IMG/VR virus record: IMGVR_UViG_3300045988_028451
Location: 1-43,666 of that record
Source: a virus
Taxonomy: Duplodnaviria; Heunggongvirae; Uroviricota; Caudoviricetes
Length of the DNA stretch: 43,666 nucleotides
Direction: 5' to 3' (one strand)
Notes under the pieces: generated by a model
Told to the model about the DNA's origin: nothing
The model's database searches: none
Seen by the model: only the letters and a program-made list of their open reading frames with translations
Position numbers and translations under genes: made by a program
Part shown: positions 9,677 through 18,552 of the stretch, one piece after another
Position numbering within the stretch: position 1 is the first letter of the stretch
Layout: each line of letters begins with the position of its first letter

Positions 9677-12015
9677 TATTTAAACCCCGGCGCATTTCTT
9701 GTGGCCTTGCGGGCCTTGCTAATCTTACTGTTGCTGTTCTGCAAAGAGGCAGCCACCTGCTCTTCTATGATGATGCGCAAACGGCCTTCGTCATCCTGCT
9801 CGGTAGATACGTTGCCAATCTGACTCGATGTGTTATTTACAATGGTAACATTAGATGGGCCAGAAGAAGACCCATTTTGCCCCATAATTTCTTTCATCTG
9901 CTGCGCAGTTCGTACGCGCGATGCACCAGCAGGCATGATAACTTCTGGTTTACCGCGTTCGGCGATGGTGGAAGCCTGCCCCGCAGATAACTGACCGCCC
10001 TGTTCACGGGCCGAACGAATCTTGCCGATGTTAGCCAGACCTGCTGCTACTGCTGCTGCCGCGGCCACAGGACCAAGCACCCAACCAACAATAGGAATCG
10101 CGGACGCAGATTTATAAGCCTCGATGGCGGATGTGTATGTGGCTATTGTGGCCTGAGCGATAGCGAATGCTTTATACGCGGAGGACGCCTCGCCTAGCGA
10201 TGACTTAATGTTGTCCGCCATCATGCCAAAAGCGTTACCGGTAGCGTTGGCACGTTTCAATGCGTACTGGTCGTTTATCGCGTTAACCGCTGCCTGGTAC
10301 TGCTCCTCGTTAATCAGATTCTGTTCACGGTATCTATCAGCAACGTCCAGTTTTTGTTGTTCCTGAATCTCCAGAAGCTCAAGCTCGGCAGCATTCTGGC
10401 CCATAATCTGAGCCATGAAGTCCTCGCCTTTCTGGTTCTTCTCCTGCCGTTCTTTCTCCCGCTTGGCGAGTTCTTCCTGACGTGCGGTGTCCGCCTCCAG
10501 CATAATTTGAGTTTTGGCGTTCTCGTATTGCTGGTCGCTAAGAAGCTGGTTGCCGTAAAACTCTTGTAGCTTGGTTAACTGTTGCTCCTGATTAGCTTCT
10601 ATTTTCTGGAATACGTCGTCATTGAGATGAATCGACTGGTAGTAGAAATCCTCCGCGGCTTTCTTCTGGCGCTCGAACGCGTCCGCAGCTTTCTTGGCGG
10701 CTTTTGCACCAGCATTATCATCTTCGGACCCGCCACCAGTACCAGTTACCTTAAATTTACTAAGCCCTTCTTCCTTAGCGGCTTCTTTGTCGATGTCATA
10801 TGCCGCGCGTTTAAGCGCGACGATATTTTGCTGAGCCTCCACCTGTTCGCGGAAACTTTTACGGGTCAGGTCCGCAACATCGCGCTGAGTATCCAGTGCC
10901 ATCCCTAGCTGGAAGTTAATGTTTTTTGCTACGTCTACAGATTCCCCTGGTGTGAAGGCCGCTTTCACCAACCGGCCAGCGTCCTGCGCCCCTTTAACCA
11001 TATCTTCAAAGAAGCGCTCCATCGCGGTAAATTCTTCCGCGATGAAATCGAGCGCATCGGCTGCTGATTCCGCGATGGTTGTCGCCGTTTGTTCGCCGCT
11101 GTCGGTGATACTTTTACTGCTAAAATCCCAAAGTTCATTCAGTCCATTTATCGCGTCACCTACAAAACCAAATGCCGCGTCGAACGACATCTCTATCGCG
11201 CTTCCTACTTCCGACGCGATGTCACCCCACATACGCATCTCCGCGGCAAGTTCACCGGATGCAACCTGTGCGTTAAGTTCCTGGATTAAATCATCGATGT
11301 ACCGGATAGGCTCCGCAAGAGCGCCAACATCAAGGCTGGTAGCCAGTGTCATTTTTAACTGCGACCATGAGTCGCTGGCACTGGCGATGGCGCCGTTAAG
11401 TGTGTTGGCCTGGTCCGCCATAGCCCCCGCGAAGTTTACGTTACCAATGTTGAGCAGGTATTGCTCGATGTCGGCAGCGCTCTTCTTAACTACCGTAGTG
11501 GTGCCCTGGAATGTAAATTCAACATCGTCTTTGTTTTGCTTGGCCTTGATGCCGAATTCTTTAAGGCGCTCAAATTCAAATGTACTGGCGTCCGCAACGG
11601 CCTCAATCATCTGATTTAGGTCTTTACCCATAGCAGCGGCAGTGTTGCCATAGGAGCGCAACGCTTCTTCTGATGGTGTAAGACCAAGCGCCACAAGTTT
11701 ACGGAATCCCTCTACTGCCTGTTCAAGACCATACGGAGTGTCGCGCGCGAAGTCTTGCAGGATGCTTAATGCCTGTCTTGCCCCCTGCGTGCTTCCGGTT
11801 AGTGTTTTCAGGCTGGCGGACATCTTGTCCAGTTGCCGTTGGGAGTCTACCAGTTCCTGTGCGGCCTTGTACGCGGTAGCAGCGACGATGGAAGCGAGGC
11901 CCGCTACCGCGGCCCCGGCTACCTTTGCGGACTTGGAAAGGTTATCAAGACGGTCTGAGGTAGCTTTCGCGCCTTGCTCTGATACTTTTACAACTAAACT
12001 AGCTACATCAGCCAT
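9676..12015 (-). CDS. tail tape measure protein
   Basis: 779 aa, Ala/Gln/Glu-rich predicted long alpha-helical protein directly downstream of the chaperone pair. Confidence 0.8.
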   Translation of the reverse strand: MADVASLVVKVSEQGAKATSDRLDNLSKSAKVAGAAVAGLASIVAATAYKAAQELVDSQRQLDKMSASLKTLTGSTQGARQALSILQDFARDTPYGLEQAVEGFRKLVALGLTPSEEALRSYGNTAAAMGKDLNQMIEAVADASTFEFERLKEFGIKAKQNKDDVEFTFQGTTTVVKKSAADIEQYLLNIGNVNFAGAMADQANTLNGAIASASDSWSQLKMTLATSLDVGALAEPIRYIDDLIQELNAQVASGELAAEMRMWGDIASEVGSAIEMSFDAAFGFVGDAINGLNELWDFSSKSITDSGEQTATTIAESAADALDFIAEEFTAMERFFEDMVKGAQDAGRLVKAAFTPGESVDVAKNINFQLGMALDTQRDVADLTRKSFREQVEAQQNIVALKRAAYDIDKEAAKEEGLSKFKVTGTGGGSEDDNAGAKAAKKAADAFERQKKAAEDFYYQSIHLNDDVFQKIEANQEQQLTKLQEFYGNQLLSDQQYENAKTQIMLEADTARQEELAKREKERQEKNQKGEDFMAQIMGQNAAELELLEIQEQQKLDVADRYREQNLINEEQYQAAVNAINDQYALKRANATGNAFGMMADNIKSSLGEASSAYKAFAIAQATIATYTSAIEAYKSASAIPIVGWVLGPVAAAAAVAAGLANIGKIRSAREQGGQLSAGQASTIAERGKPEVIMPAGASRVRTAQQMKEIMGQNGSSSGPSNVTIVNNTSSQIGNVSTEQDDEGRLRIIIEEQVAASLQNSNSKISKARKATRNAPGFK

Positions 12016-12400
12016 CGTTTCTGCCCTCGAAAATAGCGTCTAAGCTCATGATGATGTCAGATTCAAACATGTCTATATTCTGGCCCGAAACGGTGCTGTA
12101 TGCCACTAAATCCGACCATCTTAACTGTTCGCGCGGGTACATCTTGATGCCGTCGTCATCCACTCGGCGGGTAAATTTGATTTCCCGGTACTTCTCGAAG
12201 GTGGTTAATAGCTCAGGGGGGCATTCTGGCCCGGTATCCTGCGTTGCTTCCGGCGCGTCTTGCATAACCCCCATAGCAATTAGCGCGGCTTTATGCCCGT
12301 CGGCGATACTGTCAAACTCCCGCCGTTTGTGGCGGGTTATGAAGTTCCAACGGGCAAACTGGAGCAACGCGTCTACTTTTCCTGCAATTGGTGAAGCTGT
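12008..12400 (-). CDS. tail assembly chaperone, -1 frame extension (GT-like)
   Basis: The -1 frame is open for about 11 codons overlapping the end of the upstream G-like ORF; typical G/GT arrangement upstream of tape measure. Confidence 0.5.
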   Translation of the reverse strand, partial: TASPIAGKVDALLQFARWNFITRHKRREFDSIADGHKAALIAMGVMQDAPEATQDTGPECPPELLTTFEKYREIKFTRRVDDDGIKMYPREQLRWSDLVAYSTVSGQNIDMFESDIIMSLDAIFEGRNDG

Positions 12401-12789
12401 TCATTGTGGAAAACAACAACGTGTTCAGCGAGTCGTTTATATTGTGAGAAAAGAGTATTCAGGTTCTCTTTATTAAATTCATCGTCGAGACTCCAACCGT
12501 TAACCAGTTCAAGCGCTAACTGGCGGTTAAGGTCCGTTGCGGCGTCTTCCATCTTGATGTTGTATTCCGAGAAATCTTTCAGTTCCTCGCATTTATCACG
12601 AAGCGGTTTCAATTTACCTAATGCCGCGCGGTACGCAAGTGTAAACGCCCTCATAGCTTTAACGGCAACGTCTGCCTCCGGTGAAACAACGTTCAGCCAT
12701 TCCCCTGAATCGGTGCCGTCTTTCAGTGGTATCGGCATACGGGCGCCTTTTTCTGCCTCAGCTTCGTAATAAAAATCAGAAAGTTTCAT
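12373..12789 (-). CDS. tail assembly chaperone (G-like)
   Basis: 138 aa ORF immediately upstream of tape measure gene, ends GAA AAG TAG. Confidence 0.55.
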   Translation of the reverse strand: MKLSDFYYEAEAEKGARMPIPLKDGTDSGEWLNVVSPEADVAVKAMRAFTLAYRAALGKLKPLRDKCEELKDFSEYNIKMEDAATDLNRQLALELVNGWSLDDEFNKENLNTLFSQYKRLAEHVVVFHNEQLHQLQEK

Positions 12790-12897
12790 TCTTTAATCCT
12801 TTGGTTAAGAGGTTACAGGTTAATGGTAAATGCGCCAGACGGGAACCACCCGCTTTTCGTGTGCGACACTAGGCGCAAAATTATTCTATCACACTAC

Positions 12898-12929
12898 TTG
12901 CGCACCCCAACATAATAGGATACTATTCA
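12898..12929 (+). promoter_or_regulatory. sigma70-like promoter (TTGCGC-N17-TACTAT) with embedded palindromic operator AATAGGATACTATT
   Basis: -35 at 12898-12903, -10 at 12921-12926, GGAG RBS and ATG at 12968 downstream; same element recurs six more times. Confidence 0.5.
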
Positions 12930-12967
12930 CTTACACCAACAATGTTAACTCAAACAGGAGCTACACC

Positions 12968-13159
12968 ATGACAGGTATTACTATGTTCTTCTTAATCATT
13001 ATCGTTTTAGTTTATTTTATCCCGTTTTTAGTGGCCCATATGCGGGGTCATAAAGCGAAATTAGCGATATTCATGGCCAATCTGTTTCTTGGCTGGGTTC
13101 TGCTGCCGTGGGTATTTATTTTAATCTGGGCTTGCAACTCGAATGTCAAAGAGAAGTGA
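12968..13159 (+). CDS. superinfection immunity-like small membrane protein
   Basis: 63 aa, two hydrophobic helices and FLGW...WxxxLIWA pattern resembling the Imm_superinfect family. Confidence 0.55.
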   Translation: MTGITMFFLIIIVLVYFIPFLVAHMRGHKAKLAIFMANLFLGWVLLPWVFILIWACNSNVKEK

Positions 13160-13198
13160 GCTAGTATAGGACAAATCCTAAACACGAGGAAGTAAAGC

Positions 13199-14329
13199 AT
13201 GGCCCAGATTAAAATAACCGACGAACAGTTACAGGAAGAATTGAACGCCGGAACAAAGATTATCGACATATCCCGTAAATACGGAATCTCAGACCGCGTT
13301 ATCCGTATCCGTAAAGCGAAGCTGGCTAAGAAAGGTGTAGGCCACGGTCGCGACGTTAGTCACCTTGTGCCTGACGGCTACAAGATTAAAGGTACGTCGT
13401 CTCTGGTGGACGAGTTCGGCAACACTAAACTGCAATGGGTTAAGACCGACACTGACGCAGAACGTCAGGTCGAGTTAATGAAGGCCGTAATCGAAGGCAT
13501 GAAGTCGGAGATTACCCCCGTTGCTCCTGTTAAAGCCGTTCGCGCCAAACGCGACGATAAACTACTCAATCTTTACACTGTGTCTGATTTCCATCTCGGC
13601 ATGCTGGCCTGGGCCGACGAGAGCGGCGACGACTGGGATATGAAGATTGCTGAAGACCTGTTTTCTCGCTGGTTCGATGCGGCATTCCAGAAAGCGCCGG
13701 ATGCAGGAACTGGAGTTATTAACCTGCTGGGCGACTTCGCGCACTTCGACAGTCTGGATGCGGTTACCCCCGCAAGTGGTCACGTTCTTGATGCGGACAC
13801 TCGCTATCAGAAACTTGTCCGCTACATGATTCGTATGGTCCGCCGTGTTGTCGGTATGGCGCTGGTTAAGCATAAAAATGTTCGCTTGCTTATCGTGCAA
13901 GGAAACCACGACGAAAGCGGAATGATTTGGTTAGCTGAGATGTTTAGTACGCTGTACGACAATGAGCCTCGTGTGTTCGTCGATACGTCGCCAGATGTTT
14001 ACAAGATGGTGCAACACGGCAAAACGACGCTGTTCTTTCACCACGGGCATAAGGCACGATTCGACGCTATCGAACCGGTTATGATTGCCAAGTTCCGCAA
14101 AGCATTTGGCGAAAGCGTTTACAGCTACGCCCACATAGGCCACCTCCACCATCAGAAGATTGTGGAAAGCCGTAACATGATTGTTGAGCAACACCGCACC
14201 CTGGCGGCTAAAGACGCCTACGCCTCGCGCGGTGGATGGATGTCAGGCCGTAGTGCAAATGTAATTACCTATAGTGCCGAATATGGCGAGGTCGCACGTT
14301 TAACTATTTCACCGGAGATGCTGGGATGA
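13199..14329 (+). CDS. HTH domain + calcineurin-like metallophosphoesterase
   Basis: Metallophosphoesterase motifs DxH (SDFHLG), GDxxxxD (GDFAHFD), GNHDE, HHGH, GHLHH; N-terminal HTH-like IIDISRKYGISDRVI. Confidence 0.7.
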   Translation: MAQIKITDEQLQEELNAGTKIIDISRKYGISDRVIRIRKAKLAKKGVGHGRDVSHLVPDGYKIKGTSSLVDEFGNTKLQWVKTDTDAERQVELMKAVIEGMKSEITPVAPVKAVRAKRDDKLLNLYTVSDFHLGMLAWADESGDDWDMKIAEDLFSRWFDAAFQKAPDAGTGVINLLGDFAHFDSLDAVTPASGHVLDADTRYQKLVRYMIRMVRRVVGMALVKHKNVRLLIVQGNHDESGMIWLAEMFSTLYDNEPRVFVDTSPDVYKMVQHGKTTLFFHHGHKARFDAIEPVMIAKFRKAFGESVYSYAHIGHLHHQKIVESRNMIVEQHRTLAAKDAYASRGGWMSGRSANVITYSAEYGEVARLTISPEMLG

Positions 14330-14526
14330 AAGATATGTATGAATGCACCGATGTGAGTCCGTACGCGGAGAAAAATGGATTCGAAGTAGGCGCTGTATAT
14401 GAAGGGGTAACCCTAGAGAACGGCGACGTAAGAATGTATTCGCCTAAATATCGCAGCTTCTTTGAAATAGGCAGCATTAACGAGTCAGGCATAGCCCGAT
14501 TTAAGAGAGTTAACCGTGACAAATAA
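14326..14526 (+). CDS. hypothetical protein
   Basis: ATGA overlap with upstream stop. Confidence 0.45.
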   Translation: MKDMYECTDVSPYAEKNGFEVGAVYEGVTLENGDVRMYSPKYRSFFEIGSINESGIARFKRVNRDK

Positions 14527-14746
14527 GTACAACCGCACAATGACAAACACCCACGGCAGCACCATGACTGTAGACGTTTATGATGTGCTCCGCGCCTTCG
14601 ATATCCGGGACCCGGCACTACAGCACGCATTAAAGAAACTTTTGTGTATGGGCTTGCGCGGGCACAAAGACACCGGAACAGACTTGGCAGAAGCAATTGA
14701 AAGCCTGGAGAAGTTACGGGAGTACAGGGATAATATTGATGAGTAA
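14516..14746 (+). CDS. hypothetical protein
   Basis: ORF with AAGAGAG RBS before GTG; followed by terminator. Confidence 0.45.
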   Translation: MTNKYNRTMTNTHGSTMTVDVYDVLRAFDIRDPALQHALKKLLCMGLRGHKDTGTDLAEAIESLEKLREYRDNIDE

Positions 14747-14750
14747 AGAA

Positions 14751-14779
14751 AAAGGCCCCGAAAGGGGCCTTAGTTTTAT
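14751..14779. terminator. bidirectional rho-independent terminator
   Basis: GGCCCC-GAAA-GGGGCC hairpin flanked by A-run upstream and TTAGTTTTAT downstream; between convergent genes. Confidence 0.7.
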
Positions 14780-15942
14780 GCGTAGGTGATACGCTGGATA
14801 ACAATAGACGACTGGTACTGGTTGCCTGTGGACTGTCCTTCTATGCTCTGAGTGATTGACTCAGGCCCGCCAATCTCTGGCGTAACTGCGGTCAACTCGG
14901 CACGTTTCAAACTGAAAGACATAGCCCCGTTCACCCCCGCCAGAATAGAGTTAATCTCTACCTGCTGTTCGTTGATAAACTTCTGAATCATAGCCATGTC
15001 GTACAGCTTGCCGGAGATGGAGAAGGTGTTAGCCGCGCGGCTACGCTCCACAAACGCCACATTAGTATTGCCGAGTTCGAACTGTGCTGACGCGCTGTTA
15101 TCGTTGGTAATGGTCAGACTATCGCAACGCAACGGCGTGGAACCGTCGAACACAGAAACGTCAACCGAAGAGAACGGCTCATCAGTGAAAGTCACCTTAG
15201 AGAAATCAGAACCAGACGGCCGCGTGGCGAGAATCTCCTGACTGCGACCGATGAACGGGAAGCTGCCAGTTACCATAGCGTTAACGGCCTGCTCAATAGT
15301 GAAGCCAGAAACTTCCACGCCTTTGGTCAGCGTGTACGCGTCAGCCCCACCACACTGGCCTTTGTACCATGTGAGAATAGAGAACGTCTTACACTGGCTA
15401 CCGGTTTCCAGCTTATCGCCAGTTTTAGCCGCAGTAGTGGCGGTCTCGGTGGTCAGCGTATGTTGGATACCAGCACCGGTGACAACAGTCGCACTTACCT
15501 CGGTTACGATAAACGGTTTGGCGTTATCACCTGTTAAGTCGGTAAACGCAATCAGGTCGCCCACTTCAACGCCGTCGGTAATAAAGCTGCCATCAGCACG
15601 GGTGAACGTCTTTCCCGCCGGGGCGACGGTAATAGACAGCCCGGACAGAGAAACACCGGATTGCCACGTAGAGCCTAAGGCACCAGCCAACCAGTCGTCC
15701 TGACTTTTCGAACTAAGCTCGATGGCGTATTCTCCACTAACCTGTTTGTTACCGGTGCGGATGGACGTAGTTTCACGACTGCCATCCAGTTCGTTGGAGG
15801 TCAGTGTGTCACGGGTAATGGCAGGAACGCCACCCGTGTTACGCAACGGCGACCAGACCGGGTTATCAGGTGTTACGCCCGGGGTCACTTCCGCCACATA
15901 GAATTGCGCTGTATTCGCGCCCTTAAAAGGAGTTGTAGCCAT
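14776..15942 (-). CDS. major tail protein (putative)
   Basis: 388 aa Thr/Ser/Gly-rich protein at the position expected for the tail tube gene. Confidence 0.45.
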   Translation of the reverse strand: MATTPFKGANTAQFYVAEVTPGVTPDNPVWSPLRNTGGVPAITRDTLTSNELDGSRETTSIRTGNKQVSGEYAIELSSKSQDDWLAGALGSTWQSGVSLSGLSITVAPAGKTFTRADGSFITDGVEVGDLIAFTDLTGDNAKPFIVTEVSATVVTGAGIQHTLTTETATTAAKTGDKLETGSQCKTFSILTWYKGQCGGADAYTLTKGVEVSGFTIEQAVNAMVTGSFPFIGRSQEILATRPSGSDFSKVTFTDEPFSSVDVSVFDGSTPLRCDSLTITNDNSASAQFELGNTNVAFVERSRAANTFSISGKLYDMAMIQKFINEQQVEINSILAGVNGAMSFSLKRAELTAVTPEIGGPESITQSIEGQSTGNQYQSSIVIQRITYA

Positions 15943-15944
15943 AT

Positions 15945-16361
15945 TTACAGCCTCTTGGTGAATGCAATAAAGTTAATTGACAATGGTCGTTTGGCCCATC
16001 CGTTTTCTACAATCAGCGGCCCCAGGCTTACCGATTGAACCTCGGCGCAGATGTCGTTACGTGAAAATGACTTACCTGCTTTAAATGCCGTGTTAAGTAA
16101 GTCTGCCATTTTATTGATTGGCGCGCTACCTTTCACCGATGCGTAGTTAATGTCGACCTGATAAACACCTGAGCGTTGTTCTGTGAAGAACAAATCCGCC
16201 TGTTCTGTATCCGCAAGTAACATGTAACTTGCCAGATACGGCGTATCGGTTGACGTCGGCGCGTCGATGTTTTCAAGCGAGACCTTGATGCCGTTGGTTG
16301 TTCCGAAGGCTACCAGCGGCACATCAAATGCTTTGGTTAAGTCCTCAAAGTAGCCCATCAT
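15945..16361 (-). CDS. tail terminator / completion protein (putative)
   Basis: Position between gp10-like gene and major tail gene; overlapping start/stop. Confidence 0.35.
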   Translation of the reverse strand: MMGYFEDLTKAFDVPLVAFGTTNGIKVSLENIDAPTSTDTPYLASYMLLADTEQADLFFTEQRSGVYQVDINYASVKGSAPINKMADLLNTAFKAGKSFSRNDICAEVQSVSLGPLIVENGWAKRPLSINFIAFTKRL

Positions 16362-16753
16362 TTCACCTTGTTGGCTTCTTCGTTAATGAGTTGCTGGAAG
16401 CGGGACACATTCACCCGGACAAATCCTTGTGGCGCTTGCTGCGACCAGCCATACTCCAGCCGTTGTGCATACGGCAGGTTATTTGTCAGCGTGAACTCGC
16501 GCCAGTCGGCGGCTTTCAGTATGAAACTCGTAGCGTTTCCGGTTGCCGTGTTTCCTGATTTATCCGTAGCATCTGTAACCCCGGAAGCAGGAGTACCGCC
16601 AGACGCCATCCAGTTCATACGAAAGCGGCCTGTATCTACCGGACTCGCCTTTATGATAGCGGAAAACAGCTTAATAGACACCTGACGCATCACCTTCTCA
16701 GGATTCTTCTTCGCCTTTTCCACGAACTTAGAGACATCAAGCGCGAAACTCAT
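16358..16753 (-). CDS. HK97 gp10-like tail component protein
   Basis: SPVDTGRFRMNW ... YAQRLEYGW resembles the conserved VDTGRLR/YAxxVEYG signature of the HK97 gp10 family. Confidence 0.5.
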   Translation of the reverse strand: MSFALDVSKFVEKAKKNPEKVMRQVSIKLFSAIIKASPVDTGRFRMNWMASGGTPASGVTDATDKSGNTATGNATSFILKAADWREFTLTNNLPYAQRLEYGWSQQAPQGFVRVNVSRFQQLINEEANKVK

Positions 16754-17109
16754 TTTCTCACCTGAATAAAATACGCCACGACATCATCGTTAACCATCTT
16801 CTTCTCGATACCTACGACAGACCATTGCTCGCCGCCGAATTGTACCTTGTCCTCCATCTTCGGTACGACACTGCAATCCGCTTTAACAATCATGTCGCCT
16901 GCCTGAATCGTCGTACCGTTCACCAGTCCTGCGTTAACAGGAACCGGAACAGCTTTCAACGGCAGCACTTCATCCGCGGACCGGACATACTCACCGAGAA
17001 CTTCATCCCACACTTTCGAGCCAGCGCGAACAAGAGATACCGTGCTACCGAATTTGGTTAGCAGGCGTGTACCGACGCCTTGCATACGTTTACTGAAAGC
17101 GGTGCTCAT
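16750..17109 (-). CDS. head-tail joining protein (putative)
   Basis: ATG at 17109 with AGAGG RBS (ORF track lists an upstream start at 17190); position in the head-tail joining region. Confidence 0.35.
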   Translation of the reverse strand: MSTAFSKRMQGVGTRLLTKFGSTVSLVRAGSKVWDEVLGEYVRSADEVLPLKAVPVPVNAGLVNGTTIQAGDMIVKADCSVVPKMEDKVQFGGEQWSVVGIEKKMVNDDVVAYFIQVRK

Positions 17110-17203
17110 TTTAGCACCTCTTGCAGCGTCAAAAGAACACCGTAACTGTGCAAGGCTACCGCGGTAAGAAAACCAAAAACTACACCACATGTGAACTTAT
17201 TCA

Positions 17204-17818
17204 TCAGGCGGCCTCCAGTCTCGAAATAACCAATAGCGCGGACGGCGCTGTACCCCATGCAGTTACGGTAGCGGCTTGTGGGTATACGCCGCCGAAGTTA
17301 CCCCCGGCGCTATCCCGCATAATCTGAACGGCAAACGTCTGGCCTGCGGTCGGGTTAATAGCAACACGAGACTCAATAGGAATTGTAGTATCCGCGCTTA
17401 CCAGTTTCGTAGCGGCTGGCGAGCCGTATTGTGCGCCATTAACCAGAATACGCGATAGCAAGATAGAGGTTCCGCTAGCACCAGTGCGGCCTGCCTGTAA
17501 CTTGATGCGAACGGCGTAGTTACCCGCGGTGTTGAACGTAACCAGCCCCGCAGCATTAATCATTACCGGGTCAGATGCACTACCCTGAGCAGAGCCGAAC
17601 GATACCTGCAACGCCGTATCTACTGCGGTAGGCGCTTGCGCTACTGTCGACGCAGCGCGGAGAACTTCAACCTCTTTAACACCCGGAGTGGCGTAAATAG
17701 GTGAGTCAGCCATCTGGGTTAATACCCCGCGCAACTTCGCAGGCGTAATAAGTCCGGTCGTGTTGTCCGGTAGCTCGGAACCGATTAGCGTGAATATCTC
17801 TGATTTAGTCTTCGCCAT
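17204..17818 (-). CDS. structural protein, function unknown
   Basis: 204 aa Ala/Thr/Gly-rich ORF in the structural operon. Confidence 0.35.
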   Translation of the reverse strand: MAKTKSEIFTLIGSELPDNTTGLITPAKLRGVLTQMADSPIYATPGVKEVEVLRAASTVAQAPTAVDTALQVSFGSAQGSASDPVMINAAGLVTFNTAGNYAVRIKLQAGRTGASGTSILLSRILVNGAQYGSPAATKLVSADTTIPIESRVAINPTAGQTFAVQIMRDSAGGNFGGVYPQAATVTAWGTAPSALLVISRLEAA

Positions 17819-17820
17819 TT

Positions 17821-18333
17821 TTAACCCCGGTACACGTTAAACGAGAAACCATTGTTAAGACCACCACACAATAACGGGCGTAAAGCGTCGTCAGCAGCGG
17901 TAATCGCGGTCGTAGCGCCACTGTTGCCATTGTTGAAGTAGGTCACTGTTACCGCACCCTCGACACGCTCAGTCTGCACGGCGCGGCCGTCTGAGTTAGC
18001 CCGGACTTCGGTGCCCTCGCCATATGTAGCGGCAGCGATTACCTGCGCAAGAATCACCTGTTTCGGAATGGCGTTGTTGGCCACCGGGAACCCGTTTAAC
18101 GTAACGCCGGTGCGGGGGTATGCAAGAGACTGTTTGGCGGATACTCGACGACCGCACATCTGCGGTTCTGCAAGCCCTACATAAGTAGCACCGTTGCGCA
18201 AGGCCACCTCTGCTGCGGTATCGTCTGCGGGTAGCTCCAGACCATAATTAGCCGCTAACGCGCGGGCGTCAGCCAGACTAATGTAACTGTCAGCGCCAGG
18301 TACTATTGACCCATCTTCCACGATTAGCGGCAT
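17821..18333 (-). CDS. head-tail connector (gp6-like, putative)
   Basis: N-terminal LIVEDGSIVPGADSYISLADA resembles the conserved start of phage head-tail connector proteins; GGAGG RBS. Confidence 0.4.
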   Translation of the reverse strand: MPLIVEDGSIVPGADSYISLADARALAANYGLELPADDTAAEVALRNGATYVGLAEPQMCGRRVSAKQSLAYPRTGVTLNGFPVANNAIPKQVILAQVIAAATYGEGTEVRANSDGRAVQTERVEGAVTVTYFNNGNSGATTAITAADDALRPLLCGGLNNGFSFNVYRG

Positions 18334-18336
18334 GAA

Positions 18337-18516
18337 TTATTCCTCCGACTTACGGCGACGACGCTTAGTACCACCGCCGTTGTTGTGCGCTTCTTCGTTC
18401 TCCGGTTGAGTCGTAACCAGTTCATCAGCTTCTACAACACCGCGAACGGGCATCACCTGACCGTCGACAATATCAACGTGGGTGTACTTTTCGCGGATTA
18501 CATAATTATCTGCCAT
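18337..18516 (-). CDS. small protein with basic C-terminus (59 aa)
   Basis: ATG at 18516; ends with TKRRRRKSEE; not in ORF track (below size cutoff). Confidence 0.3.
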   Translation of the reverse strand: MADNYVIREKYTHVDIVDGQVMPVRGVVEADELVTTQPENEEAHNNGGGTKRRRRKSEE

Positions 18517-18552
18517 GACCTTTCCTTATTACGGCCCCGAAGGGCCGCGGTA

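Noticed and set aside
10919-11614. 231-aa plus-strand ORF (and neighbours at 10354-10908) inside the tape measure gene
   Set aside because: Antisense to the tape measure ORF; Ser/Ala-rich shadow frame.
12830-12967. Upstream extension of the immunity-like ORF to a start at 12830
   Set aside because: The extension would cover the promoter and operator at 12898-12929; ATG at 12968 has a GGAG RBS and begins the hydrophobic protein.
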